64,000 nucleotides of DNA from an uncultured delta proteobacterium (GTDB lineage Bacteria; Myxococcota_A; Polyangia; Polyangiales; JAFGIB01), in NCBI GenBank assembly GCA_963778655.1, contig CAVZVA010000005.1:320001-384000 (forward strand), in the 5' to 3' direction. The notes under the pieces were generated by a model. It had not been told where the DNA came from. It saw nothing but the letters and a program-made list of their open reading frames with translations, and searched no databases. Each line of letters begins with the position of its first letter. Within the stretch, counting starts at the first letter, position 1. Positions 45,406 through 57,555 of this stretch are shown piece after piece. Both the position numbers and the translations under genes were made by a program.

Positions 45406-45945
45406 CTACTCCGTTGATTTAACAGGGTTTTTTAGCTTGATCCGGAGCGTCGCCTGGACCTCGCGAGGCGCGTCCGAGATGGGCGGCCGGAGGCTCACCG
45501 CGGAAAGCCGCCGGCGCACGCACTCGAGCTCCTCGTCCTCGAGCTGGGCCGAGCGCGCGTAGCCGCGGCTCATGGTTCCGGTGCTCAAAAAGTGCGCTTC
45601 GAGATCGATCTGGATCTCGGGCGGCGCGTCGTCGCTCCGCCGCGGTTTGAGGCAATCGATCGGGCTGCCTAGCGCGCCGAGCAGCTCCGCGGCGTAGTCG
45701 CGCTTCTCGGGCTCGGGCTCGGGCTTTTCCACCGGCTGCGCCGGCGCGGGCTGCGCCGGCGCGGGCGTGGGGAACGCCGTGGGCAAGGGCTGCGCCGGCT
45801 CGGGCGCCGCCGTAGACGAGGCCTGGGGCTGTTGGCCGGGCGCACGATAGGGACCACGTTGGAGCGGTTGGTGGCCCTCGGGCTGAAATTTGGATCCGCA
45901 AGCGAGCAAGGAGCAGCACAGCAGCGCGAGCGCGCCGGCCTTCAT
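45406..45945 (-). CDS. Pro-rich lipoprotein with TonB_C-like C-terminal domain (putative)
   Basis: Lipobox LLAC, Pro/Gln linker, C-terminal domain with two Cys; ATG overlaps the helicase stop. Confidence 0.7.
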   Translation of the reverse strand: MKAGALALLCCSLLACGSKFQPEGHQPLQRGPYRAPGQQPQASSTAAPEPAQPLPTAFPTPAPAQPAPAQPVEKPEPEPEKRDYAAELLGALGSPIDCLKPRRSDDAPPEIQIDLEAHFLSTGTMSRGYARSAQLEDEELECVRRRLSAVSLRPPISDAPREVQATLRIKLKNPVKSTE

Positions 45946-47762
45946 TGCCGATTGACCTTCGCGCGCTCCGGCGACAGCGCCTTCTCGCCCAGCGATTGCC
46001 CGCGCAGCTTCTCGACTACCCCATCGAGCTTGTCGTCGGGCACCTCCACGAAGGTGTAGCGATCGCGCACGCGGATGCGGCCGACCTCGGAGCGCCGCAG
46101 CTCGCCGGTCTCGCGCACCAGGCGTGCGATCTCGCCCAGACGCACGCCGTCCCGGCGGCCCACGTCCAGGTAGAGCACGGCGTCCGGGGGATGCTCGGAC
46201 GCGTCCTGCGACTCGTCGAACGGCTCGCGTTCGTCGCTGGCGCTGGTCTCGGCCGGAGGCGGGGGCGCGCGCCGCGGCTCTGCGGCGGACCGATCCCCGG
46301 CACGCGTGCGCGGCCTTCGCGGCCGCGCCGGCCGCGCCTCTGGCTGATCGCTCTCGCGCTCGATCTCCTCCGACGCATGCTCGAGCGGCGAGGCCACGCG
46401 GGCCCGGCGCGCGGCCGCGGCCTCCTCGTCGATGCCGTCGCCCTTGCTGCCGAAGAAGGTGTGCAGCAAGCCGCCCACGATGCGCTCGGCCTCGGGATGG
46501 GTGAGCAGCCGCCGCGCCAGCGCCAGGTCGGCCGGACGCGGCGCGAAGGAAAACGCCTCGCTCAGCAAGGCCACCCGGTCGCTCTCCTGCCGCGTCTGCA
46601 GATCCCCTCGATTGGGCAGGCTGCGCTCGACCGGAAAGATCTTGTACTCGAGCCGGAGGTAGTACAGCCGCCCCAGCTCGGTCGGGCTTACCAGCGAGAT
46701 CGCGCTGCCGGTGCGCCCCGCGCGCCCGGTGCGGCCGGTGCGATGCACGTAGGCCGCCGCGGACTCCGGGAACGAGTAGTTGATCACGTGGGTCAGGTGC
46801 GAGATGTCGATGCCGCGGGCGGCCACGTCGGTGGCGACCAGGTAGCGCAGCTTGCCTTCGCGCGTGCGGCTCATGACCGTCTCGCGGTCGCGCTGCGGCA
46901 GGTCGCCGTTGAGCCAGTCGGCGTTGAAGCCGGCCTGCTTGAGCGCGGCGGCCACTTGCTCGGTCTCCGAGCGCAGGTTGCAGAAGATGATCGCGCTCTC
47001 CGGGTCCTCGACCTCGAGGATCTTGATCAGGTCGCCGACGCGGTCGGCGCCGCTGACCATGTAGACGGCGTGGCTGACCGCCTCGGCGCCGACGGCGTCG
47101 CTCGAGAGCGAGACCATCTGCGGGTCGCGCATGTGGCGCTCGCCGTGGCGGCGCACGTCATCGTCGACGGTGGCCGAGAAGCACATGGTCTGGCGCCGGG
47201 CGCGGTCGGGGATCAGCTCGAGAATCGCGTTGAGCTCGCGCGCGAAGCCCATCGACAGCATCTCGTCCATCTCGTCGAGCACCAGGACCTTGAGCCCGGA
47301 CGGGTCGAGCGTTCTGCGCCGCAGGTGATCGAGCACCCGGCCCGGGGTGCCGGAGACGATCTGCGCGCCGGCCGCGAGCTCCTCGATCTGCCGACCCATC
47401 GGCGCGCCGCCGTAGACGGCCGCGGCGTGAATTCCCTTGTACTTGCCGATGCGCGCGATCTCCTTGGCGCTCTGCAGCGCCAGCTCGCGGGTCGGGGCCA
47501 GCACCAGGGCCTGCACGCCGGGCTCGCCGCGCAGGAGCTTGTCCACCAGCGGGATCGCAAATGCCGCGGTCTTGCCGGTGCCGGTGCGGGCCTGGACGAT
47601 GATGTCGCGGCCGGAGACCGCGAGGTCGTAAGTGGCCAGCTGCACCGGGGTGGGGTTGACGTAGCCGATCTCGTCGAGCGCCCGTTTCACCTCATCGGAG
47701 AGATCCAGCGCATCGAAGGTGGCGGCGACTTCAATCGGGTCGCTTTGCTCAGTCGCGTTCAT
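45942..47762 (-). CDS. DEAD-box RNA helicase with DbpA-type RNA-binding C-terminus (DeaD/CsdA-like)
   Basis: PTPVQ, ARTGTGKT, PTRELA, TPGR, DEMD, SAT, ARGID, HRTGRTGRAG; C-terminal LYLDVGRRDG. Confidence 0.93.
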   Translation of the reverse strand: MNATEQSDPIEVAATFDALDLSDEVKRALDEIGYVNPTPVQLATYDLAVSGRDIIVQARTGTGKTAAFAIPLVDKLLRGEPGVQALVLAPTRELALQSAKEIARIGKYKGIHAAAVYGGAPMGRQIEELAAGAQIVSGTPGRVLDHLRRRTLDPSGLKVLVLDEMDEMLSMGFARELNAILELIPDRARRQTMCFSATVDDDVRRHGERHMRDPQMVSLSSDAVGAEAVSHAVYMVSGADRVGDLIKILEVEDPESAIIFCNLRSETEQVAAALKQAGFNADWLNGDLPQRDRETVMSRTREGKLRYLVATDVAARGIDISHLTHVINYSFPESAAAYVHRTGRTGRAGRTGSAISLVSPTELGRLYYLRLEYKIFPVERSLPNRGDLQTRQESDRVALLSEAFSFAPRPADLALARRLLTHPEAERIVGGLLHTFFGSKGDGIDEEAAAARRARVASPLEHASEEIERESDQPEARPARPRRPRTRAGDRSAAEPRRAPPPPAETSASDEREPFDESQDASEHPPDAVLYLDVGRRDGVRLGEIARLVRETGELRRSEVGRIRVRDRYTFVEVPDDKLDGVVEKLRGQSLGEKALSPERAKVNRQ

Positions 47763-48255
47763 GTGGGCCCTTCGGGTCCGTGCGGCCGGCGCCTTCGCCG
47801 AGCTGCGCCAGGGCGCGGCGTATCCGCTCCTGCGCTCTCATCGGGCCGCGGTCATAGCGCCGCAGCAGCGAGTCGATGCCCCTGCGAAGCCGTAAGAGAT
47901 CGATGCGCGCGCCCTCGAGCGGTCCACAGCCGCCCGCCAGCCGATCGAAGCGCGCGTCCCACGCGTTCAGCGCGCGGGCGCGCTCGGTCGGGTTGCCGCC
48001 GTGCAGCGCGCCGGCGGCGAGAGCGAGCAGGCCGTCGTCCAGCTGTTGGATCTCGCGCGCACAGAACTCCAGCCCGGGCGCCTGCGGGCGCGGTCCGAGC
48101 TCGGGCCAGTACAGCGAAGGGATGATCGAGACCGCGCTCATGCCGATGACGTAGCAGGCCAGGAGCCAGAACAGGCTGATCCCGAGCGCGCGGCCCAGGC
48201 GACCGGGATCCGTGCGGCTGCCCTTCGGTTCCGCGCTCGCGCCGCCGCTGTTCAC
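47749..48255 (-). CDS. hypothetical membrane protein
   Basis: One TM (LGISLFWLLACYVIG) then a helical domain; start uncertain; overlaps the helicase start. Confidence 0.6.
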   Translation of the reverse strand: MNSGGASAEPKGSRTDPGRLGRALGISLFWLLACYVIGMSAVSIIPSLYWPELGPRPQAPGLEFCAREIQQLDDGLLALAAGALHGGNPTERARALNAWDARFDRLAGGCGPLEGARIDLLRLRRGIDSLLRRYDRGPMRAQERIRRALAQLGEGAGRTDPKGPHERD

Positions 48256-48360
48256 CTGCTTGCTGGGCTGGGTTGTATCGGGCCCCCCGGCGTCGGTCAA
48301 CCGGCGCGCCTCTGCTGTGCCGGTCGGCCAGGTCGCCGTCCCGGCGAGCTTGTTGGGATG

Positions 48361-48431
48361 CAACAGGAAGACGGGAAGACGGGAAGAAGCACAGAATCCT
48401 CTGTGTTCCCGTCTTCCCGCCTTGCCGTGGA
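48361..48431. repeat. REP-like palindromic repeat, copy E
   Basis: CAAC-AGGAAGAC-GGGAAGAC-GGGAAG [18 nt] GTTCCC-GTCTTCCC-GCCTTGCC-GTGGA. Confidence 0.85.
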
Positions 48432-48465
48432 TCCGTTCGATCCGGCGCGGGCCCGCAGCTCGAGC

Positions 48466-49167
48466 TCAGCTGACGAGCTTGTAGCCGTAACCGTAGACCG
48501 TGAGGATGTGGCGCGGGCTTTCGGGGTTGGGCTCGATCTTCTTGCGCAGCTTGACCACGAAGTTGTCGACGGTGCGGTTGTTCGGCTGGTGGGTCTTGGT
48601 GCCCCATACCTTGTCCAGGATCTCGTCGCGCGACACTGGCTCGCCCAGCCGCGAGTGCAGCAGGCGCAGCAGCTCCGCCTCGTAGAAGGAAATGGCGAGC
48701 GTTTCGCCGCCGCGGGTGATGGCGTGTGCGCCGGTGTCGACGGTGACCTGGCCGACGGTGAACACCGCGCCGCCGCCGACGGTGCGATTGCCGCGCCGCA
48801 CCGCGGCGCGGATGCGCGCCACCAGCTCGCCGACAGAGAACGGCTTGGTCACGTAGTCGTCGGCTCCGGCGTCCAGACCGCGGATCTTGTCCGCTTCCTG
48901 GCCGCGGGCGGTCAGCATGATGATCGGCACCGCCTGATCGTGCGCGCGGATCGCCTCGCACACCTGGTAGCCATTCATCCCCGGCAGCATCAGATCGAGA
49001 ATGATGCAATCGGGTCGCTCGCGGGAGATCGCATCCAGCCCTCCCTCGCCGGTCTCGGCGTGCAGCACGCGGAAACCCTCGAACGCCAGCGTGTCGCGCA
49101 GACCCAGCGCGAGCGTGGGGTCATCCTCGACTAGTAGCAAGGTGCGCCCCACGGTCGTGCTGTCCAT
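48466..49167 (-). CDS. OmpR/PhoB-family response regulator
   Basis: VEDD, LDLMLP, LTA, GADDYVTKPF, winged helix RTVDNFVVKLRKKIE...GYGY. Confidence 0.95.
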   Translation of the reverse strand: MDSTTVGRTLLLVEDDPTLALGLRDTLAFEGFRVLHAETGEGGLDAISRERPDCIILDLMLPGMNGYQVCEAIRAHDQAVPIIMLTARGQEADKIRGLDAGADDYVTKPFSVGELVARIRAAVRRGNRTVGGGAVFTVGQVTVDTGAHAITRGGETLAISFYEAELLRLLHSRLGEPVSRDEILDKVWGTKTHQPNNRTVDNFVVKLRKKIEPNPESPRHILTVYGYGYKLVS

Positions 49168-49245
49168 CGACGGGGCACGATATCAGCGCCCCGGAGGCTG
49201 TCAATTGCGGCACGAAGAGCGTCACGCATGCGCGGATCAAGGCGA

Positions 49246-49300
49246 TCCACAGGAAGGCGGGAAGCACCGACGATCTTGAGCTCTTCCCGTCTTCCTGTGT
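49246..49300. repeat. REP-like palindromic repeat, copy F
   Basis: TCCAC-AGGAAGGC-GGGAAG [18 nt] CTTCCC-GTCTTCCT-GTGT. Confidence 0.85.
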
Positions 49301-49333
49301 TCTTGTCGATTCTCCGGGAGCTGCGCTCGCTCT

Positions 49334-50929
49334 TCACGAGGGCTCGGCGTCGAGGTCGGCGGCGGTGCGGGCCTCGAGGCGCAGGCTGCGCGCCTGGGTC
49401 GGGTCGCGCCGCGGGATGGCAAAGCCGACGATCGCGCCGCCGCCTTCGGCCGCGTCGGCCCAGGCGCGACCGTGGTGCTCCTCGGCGATGCGTTTGACGA
49501 TGGCGAGCCCGATGCCGGAGCCACGCGAACGGCGGCTGCTCTTGCCGCGGTAGAAGCGCTCGAACACGCGCTTGCGGTCCGGCTCGGGAATGCCCGGTCC
49601 GTGGTCGCGCACGGTCACGCGGATCTCGTCTGCGAGCGTCCGCACCTGGACCTCCACCGGAGTCCCACCGCCGTGCTTCACGGCATTGTCGAGCAGGTTG
49701 ATGATCACCAGCAGGATCGCCTGCTCGTCGAGCAACCCGTGGGCCGGGTCGCCGACGTGGTCGAGGTGCACCGCGATGCCCTCGCGCTCGAATCGGTAGT
49801 GCAGCGTGTCGATCGCACGGCGCGCGATCTCGTGCAGGTCGCAGCTGCGCATTTCGTAGCGACGCTTGCCGCGCTCGAGTGCCGCGAAGTCGAGCACATT
49901 TTCGATCAACCCGCTCAATCGCTCGGTCTCGCTGCAGATGATCTCGAGGTATTCCTCGCGCTTGTGCTCGTCGCCTACGCGTTTGGTCAGCATCATTTCG
50001 CCGAACATGCGGATCACCGAGAGCGGCGTCTTGAGCTCGTGCGAGACATTGGCGATGAAGTCGCTCTTCATGTCCGCCAGCCGGCGTTCCTTGTCCGCGG
50101 CGTAGAGGATGAAGCCGACCGCCACAACGATGATGAACAGCGACAGCGTGATCAAGGCAACCTGGTTGACGCGGCTGGTGTGGCGCTTCTCGGTCAGCAA
50201 TGGCGCCGTGGTCGGCGCGGCCTGCAGCCGCCACATGTAGAGCGTGGTCGGCAGCCTGCGCCCGACCACGTAGTCGCCGACCTCGGCCATGCTTGGCCCG
50301 AAGATGTGGCGGTTGTCCTGGTCGACCACGTTCTGGGTCGGCTGGCCGGGCTCGTTGCGCAGCACGTCAGCGAGCACATTGCGAACCAGCCACCCGGTAT
50401 CGTGGTGCGCGACGTAGTAGTAGCGCTTGCCCTCGTGCTCCACCGCTTTGTACGAGATCAGGTAGCTGCGGCCGTTGTAGCTGCGGTGCAGGTGCATCAG
50501 CCGATTGGGCTCGAGCGTGCTGATCTCCAGATCCGGCAGCACCCGGGTCATGAACAGGCGGCGGAACGCGCGCTGGTCCGCCGCCGAGGCGCGCGCGGCG
50601 TAGCCCATCAGGCGCCGGTCGGCGTCGAGCACGAGCAGCGCGCGGATGCTGGGCGAGATCTCCTCGGCGCGCGATTTCCAGCCCTGGATCGAGCTGGGGT
50701 CGTCGAGGTCGATGGCCGCGAAAGCCTGGTTGTCCGCGGTGATGATCTGCTGCTCGATGCGCTCGGCCTTGTCTTGCAGCAACAGCAGGCTCGACTCGGC
50801 GATCGACTGCTCGCCCAAACGCTCGAACTGACGCGCGGTGAGGTACGCGTAGTAGCCGAGCACGCACGCGGACACCACCAGCGCGGGCAGCAGCACCAGG
50901 TAGATCAGCTTGAGCCGGGGATTCTCCAC
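49334..50929 (-). CDS. membrane sensor histidine kinase
   Basis: Two TMs around a periplasmic domain; SHELKTPL, NLLDNAVK, DHGPGI, FERFYR, GSGIGL. Confidence 0.95.
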   Translation of the reverse strand: MENPRLKLIYLVLLPALVVSACVLGYYAYLTARQFERLGEQSIAESSLLLLQDKAERIEQQIITADNQAFAAIDLDDPSSIQGWKSRAEEISPSIRALLVLDADRRLMGYAARASAADQRAFRRLFMTRVLPDLEISTLEPNRLMHLHRSYNGRSYLISYKAVEHEGKRYYYVAHHDTGWLVRNVLADVLRNEPGQPTQNVVDQDNRHIFGPSMAEVGDYVVGRRLPTTLYMWRLQAAPTTAPLLTEKRHTSRVNQVALITLSLFIIVVAVGFILYAADKERRLADMKSDFIANVSHELKTPLSVIRMFGEMMLTKRVGDEHKREEYLEIICSETERLSGLIENVLDFAALERGKRRYEMRSCDLHEIARRAIDTLHYRFEREGIAVHLDHVGDPAHGLLDEQAILLVIINLLDNAVKHGGGTPVEVQVRTLADEIRVTVRDHGPGIPEPDRKRVFERFYRGKSSRRSRGSGIGLAIVKRIAEEHHGRAWADAAEGGGAIVGFAIPRRDPTQARSLRLEARTAADLDAEPS

Positions 50930-50996
50930 GCGAGCGCCGATCGCTCACATAGCGCGAGATCGCGACCGCCTCAATCGCCGCCGGCTCGGCCCGGCG

Positions 50997-52001
50997 TCAG
51001 TCGCGTTCGGGCCGCAGGGCGCGACCGAGTAGCGATTCCACAGCGGAAATCGGCGACTTGCCGAGGTACAGCGCCTCGTAGACCTCGGTCGTGATTGGCA
51101 TCTCGACCGCCTCGCGCCGCGCCAGGTCGTACGCGCTCTTGGTGGTGCGCACGCCCTCGGCAACCATCGTCATCTCCGCGAGCACGTTCTGCAGCGAGCG
51201 GCCGCGCCCGAGCTCCATGCCGACGCTGCGGTTGCGCGAGAGGTCGCCGGTGCAGGTCAGCACCAGGTCGCCCATGCCGCTCAGCCCGGCCAGTGTTTGC
51301 GGGTTGGCGCCGAGATGGGTGGCCAAGCGCGAGATCTCGGCGATTCCGCGCGTGATCAGGGCCGCGCGCGCGTTGTGGCCGAAGCCGAGCCCGTCGGCCG
51401 CGCCCGCGGCGATCGCGATCACGTTCTTGAGCGCGCCGCCCAGCTCGACGCCGATCACATCCTCGCTGCTGTAGACGCGGAAACGCTCGCCCGCGAGCAG
51501 CGCCTGGGCCGCGTGCGCGGTGCGTGCGCGGGTGCTGGCGACGCACACCGCCGTCGGCATGCCCCGTGCGACCTCGCGCGCGAAGCTGGGGCCGCCCAGC
51601 GCGGACAGCCGCGGCTCCACTTCGGCGCCCAGCTCGTCGGTCAGCACCTGGCTCATCAGCATCAGGCTCTGGTTCTCGATGCCCTTGGTGGCGCTCACGA
51701 TCAGCGCCTGAGGCGGCAGCAGCGCGGCGCTCGCGCGTGCGAGCTCGCGCAGGCCATGCGAGGGCACCACGAACAGCACCAGCTCGGCCTGCTGCAACGC
51801 CTCGCCCAAATCGCTGGTCGCGCGCAGCGATTCGGGCAGCTCGACGCCCGGCAGGTAGCCCGGGTTCTCGCGGCGGAGCTGCAGCTGCTGGGCCAGCGCG
51901 GGGTTGCGCGCCCACAGCATGGTGGCGAAGCCCTTGAGCGCGAGGTGCGCGGCGAGCGCCGTGCCCCAGGAGCCGGCGCCCAAGACGGCGGCGCGAGTCA
52001 T
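50997..52001 (-). CDS. gpsA: NAD(P)H-dependent glycerol-3-phosphate dehydrogenase
   Basis: GAGSWG, ATKGIE, GPSFA, GGALKNVIAIA, GDLVLTC..SRN. Confidence 0.96.
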   Translation of the reverse strand: MTRAAVLGAGSWGTALAAHLALKGFATMLWARNPALAQQLQLRRENPGYLPGVELPESLRATSDLGEALQQAELVLFVVPSHGLRELARASAALLPPQALIVSATKGIENQSLMLMSQVLTDELGAEVEPRLSALGGPSFAREVARGMPTAVCVASTRARTAHAAQALLAGERFRVYSSEDVIGVELGGALKNVIAIAAGAADGLGFGHNARAALITRGIAEISRLATHLGANPQTLAGLSGMGDLVLTCTGDLSRNRSVGMELGRGRSLQNVLAEMTMVAEGVRTTKSAYDLARREAVEMPITTEVYEALYLGKSPISAVESLLGRALRPERD

Positions 52002-52057
52002 CCGCGCAGCTTACACCCGGAGAGCGCCGCGCGCCGCCGCGTGCGCCCGCCTCGCGC

Positions 52058-54529
<2,472 letters not shown>

Positions 54530-54875
54530 GTGTGTCCGCCGCACGACCGAGCCCTCGGCTGTTTCGGTCTGCTTTCGTCAACATAGTCAGGCCGCCGCGC
54601 CGGCGCAAGCAAGCCAGCAGTGTGGCGCCGACTGCGTTGCGCGCCGAGCCATGTGGTCTCGTCACTTACATAGCCGCGTTCGTGCTCGCACGTCCGCATC
54701 GCGCGGGTATCCCTTGTGGCACGTTCCGCGCGCTCGGCCGGCGGCTGCACGCGCGCCTTAGCGGTTGCACCCGTGCAGCGCTCGTGGATAACCTTGCGTC
54801 CCCGGCTCGCCACGAGTCGGCCGCGCGCGCGGAGCGAGGGGCTTGCGGCGAACCCGAGTGCCGCATGAATTGCTG

Positions 54876-56015
54876 ATGACGGCTGCTGGAGCGGAGGTTG
54901 ATCCCGCACGGAGCACGGGTGCCGCGGGCAGCGTGCTGCGCGGCTCGACCGCGAGCGAGGGCTCGACTGCCTCGCAGCCGCCGGCGCAGTCCGGCGCGCA
55001 GCAGGCCGCGCCGCTGCGCAAACGACCGCTGCGCGGGCGCGCGGTCGCCGTGACCGGCGCGAGCACGTTTCTGGGGCGGAACCTGATCGGTCTGCTCGAG
55101 GAAGACGACACGGTCGGGCGCATCGTCGTGCTGGATCTCAAGAACCCCACCAGCGCGGGGCCCAAGACCGTGTTCTACGAGGTCGACCTGACCCAGAACG
55201 CAGTCGAATCGCGCATCGCGGAGATCCTCCACGCCGACCAGGTCGACACCGTGGTGCACCTGGCGTTCGCGGCCAATCCCACCCAGGCCACGGCCTGGGC
55301 GCACGAGCTGGAGAGCGTCGGCACCATGCACCTGCTGTCGGCGTGCCGCAAGCACCGGCTGCGCAAGCTGGTGGTGCGCTCGACCGTGCTGGTGTACGGA
55401 CCGCATCCGGGCAACCCCAATTTCCTGACCGAGGACCACGCGCTGCATGGCCTCAGCGGCTCGCACTTCGTCGACGACAAGATCGAGGTCGAGCAGCAGG
55501 CGCGAGCCTTCGGCGAGGAGCAGTCCGGTTGCTGCGTGATGGTGCTGCGCTTCGCGCCCATCCTCGGGCCTACGATGGACAACTACGTGGCGCGCTGGCT
55601 GTCGCGCAGGCTGGTCCCGACCGTGATGGGTCACGACCCGTTGGTGCAGTTTCTGCACGAGGTCGACGCAGTGGCCGCGCTCAAGCTGGCGGTCGATCGC
55701 GACGTGGCGGGCGCCTTCAACATCGTGGGCGAGGGCGTGCTGCCGATCTCGACCGTGGTCAAGCTCGCCGGGCGCATCGGGCTGCCACTGCCGTATCCGC
55801 TGTTCCGGAGGCTGGCGGCGCTGCTGTGGGTGGCGCAGCTCAGCGAGGCGCCGCCGGCGTTCGTCGCGGCGCTGCGCTACCTGTGCGTGGCCGATGGCGT
55901 GCACGCTCGCCGTGCGCTCGGTTTCCGCGCGGTGTACTCGAGCCGCGACGCGGTGCTCGATTTCGAGGGCGCGCTGCGTTTGCGCGAGGCTAGACTGTTG
56001 CACGAGGCGTCATGA
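54876..56015 (+). CDS. NAD-dependent epimerase/dehydratase family (atypical SDR)
   Basis: VAVTGASTFLG, VVHLA, VYG, QFLH, FNIVG. Confidence 0.85.
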   Translation: MTAAGAEVDPARSTGAAGSVLRGSTASEGSTASQPPAQSGAQQAAPLRKRPLRGRAVAVTGASTFLGRNLIGLLEEDDTVGRIVVLDLKNPTSAGPKTVFYEVDLTQNAVESRIAEILHADQVDTVVHLAFAANPTQATAWAHELESVGTMHLLSACRKHRLRKLVVRSTVLVYGPHPGNPNFLTEDHALHGLSGSHFVDDKIEVEQQARAFGEEQSGCCVMVLRFAPILGPTMDNYVARWLSRRLVPTVMGHDPLVQFLHEVDAVAALKLAVDRDVAGAFNIVGEGVLPISTVVKLAGRIGLPLPYPLFRRLAALLWVAQLSEAPPAFVAALRYLCVADGVHARRALGFRAVYSSRDAVLDFEGALRLREARLLHEAS

Positions 56016-56106
56016 GGCAGCGCGCAGCTGGATCCGCCGAGCTCGAGGGGCGCCGCGCCGTAGCGCGACGCGGGTCCCTACACGAGCCCGGGCGCAGGGG
56101 GGTGCG

Positions 56107-57357
56107 ATGAGCGCGGGCGAGCTCGAGAGCGCCAAGCGCAAGCGTCCTGCGGCGCGCGCCGCGGTGCGGCGGGAGCCGCTTGCCGCGCCGGCGGGCGTGG
56201 ACGCCGGCCCGGCGCCCGGCGTCCACGGCGCGGCGCCGGGCCAGAGCAGCGGCCGCCGGGTTTCGGCGCGTGCCGCGCGGGCGTCGGGCGCGCGTCCCGC
56301 CCCCGCGCCTTCTTCGTCACCGTCTTCCGGAAGCGACGCACCGCTGCACGACATGGAGCGCGATCTGGCCGGCCTGCTGCACGACATCGAAGGCGCCGAC
56401 GGCGACGCCGAGGCCCGCCGCCGCGCGGCCGACGCCATCGGTCGTATCGCTGCGCGCCTGTATCCAGAGCCTACGGTGAGCGCGCCGCGCGACGACAGCT
56501 TGCTGGGCACGGCGCGCCAGCTGTTGTCCTCGGATTACTACGTGAGGCGTCTGGGCCGGCTCGGCCTTCGTGGTCGTTCCGAGCGCGTCGACGATTTCGG
56601 CCTCGATCCGACCTACGAAGCGCGCGTCCAACCGCTGCTGGACGCGCTCTACGAGCGCTATTTCCGCGTGCAGGTGCAGGGCGCGGCGCACGTGCCGGAG
56701 CAGGGCGCGGCGCTGCTGGTGTGCAACCACGGCGGCACGCTGCCGTGGGACGGCGTGATGCTGAAGACAGCGCTGCGCCACAGCTCGCCCTCGGGTCGCG
56801 CGCTGCGCTGGCTGACCGACGACTTCGTGTTTCACTCGCCGTTTCTGGGCGCGTGGCTCAACCGGGTGGGCGCGGTGCGCGCCTGTCCGGAGAACGCGGA
56901 GCGGCTGCTCGCGCGCGGCGAGCTGCTGGCGGTCTTCCCCGAGGGGGTCAAGGGCATCGGCAAGCCGTACCGCGAGCGCTATCAGCTGCAGCGCTTCGGG
57001 CGCGGCGGCCACGTCAAGCTCGCGCTGCGACTTTCGGTGCCGCTGATTCCGCTGGCGATCGTGGGCGCGGAGGAGAGCTATCCGCTGCTGTACAAGGTGC
57101 GCGCCTTCTCCAAGCTGCTGGGCGTACCCTTCATCCCGGTGACGCCGCTGTTTCCGTGGTTGGGTCCGCTCGGTCTGGTGCCGCTGCCCAGCCGCTGGCA
57201 GATCGTGATCGGCGAGCCGATGCGCGAGCTCGAGGGCCTGGGCGCGCGCGCGGCTGAGGACAGCGTGCTGGTCAACGAGCTCAACGGTCAGCTGCGCGCC
57301 CGCGTGCAGGCCTTGGTCGACGATGCCCTGCGCGCCCGCGGTCCCGCCTTCCTGTAG
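56107..57357 (+). CDS. lysophospholipid/glycerolipid acyltransferase family protein
   Basis: VDDFGLD, NHGGTLPWDG, FPEG, RFGRGG. Confidence 0.87.
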   Translation: MSAGELESAKRKRPAARAAVRREPLAAPAGVDAGPAPGVHGAAPGQSSGRRVSARAARASGARPAPAPSSSPSSGSDAPLHDMERDLAGLLHDIEGADGDAEARRRAADAIGRIAARLYPEPTVSAPRDDSLLGTARQLLSSDYYVRRLGRLGLRGRSERVDDFGLDPTYEARVQPLLDALYERYFRVQVQGAAHVPEQGAALLVCNHGGTLPWDGVMLKTALRHSSPSGRALRWLTDDFVFHSPFLGAWLNRVGAVRACPENAERLLARGELLAVFPEGVKGIGKPYRERYQLQRFGRGGHVKLALRLSVPLIPLAIVGAEESYPLLYKVRAFSKLLGVPFIPVTPLFPWLGPLGLVPLPSRWQIVIGEPMRELEGLGARAAEDSVLVNELNGQLRARVQALVDDALRARGPAFL

Positions 57358-57390
57358 GCGCCGGTCGTCGGGGCGAATCGGGGCATGAAA

Positions 57391-57490
57391 CAACAGGAAG
57401 ACGGGAAGGCGGGAGGAGCCTTGTGTGTTCTTGTCGCAGACCTGGGGCCGGTTTCGGGCTCAAATCGCACCTCTTCCCGCCTTCCTGTGA
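57391..57490. repeat. REP-like palindromic repeat, copy G (long spacer)
   Basis: CAAC-AGGAAGAC-GGGAAGGC-GGGAGG [56 nt] CTTCCC-GCCTTCCT-GTGA. Confidence 0.82.
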
Positions 57491-57555
57491 TCTCGAATAT
57501 GTTGCGCGCGCCCCTTTCTTGACGCTCGCGCGTGCGGGTCGCTAGCGTCCGGGCG

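Noticed and set aside
54783..54791. Near DnaA box (TTATCCACG on the minus strand) in the lon/SDR divergent gap
   Set aside because: A single mismatched copy with no cluster or AT-rich unwinding element, so not an origin
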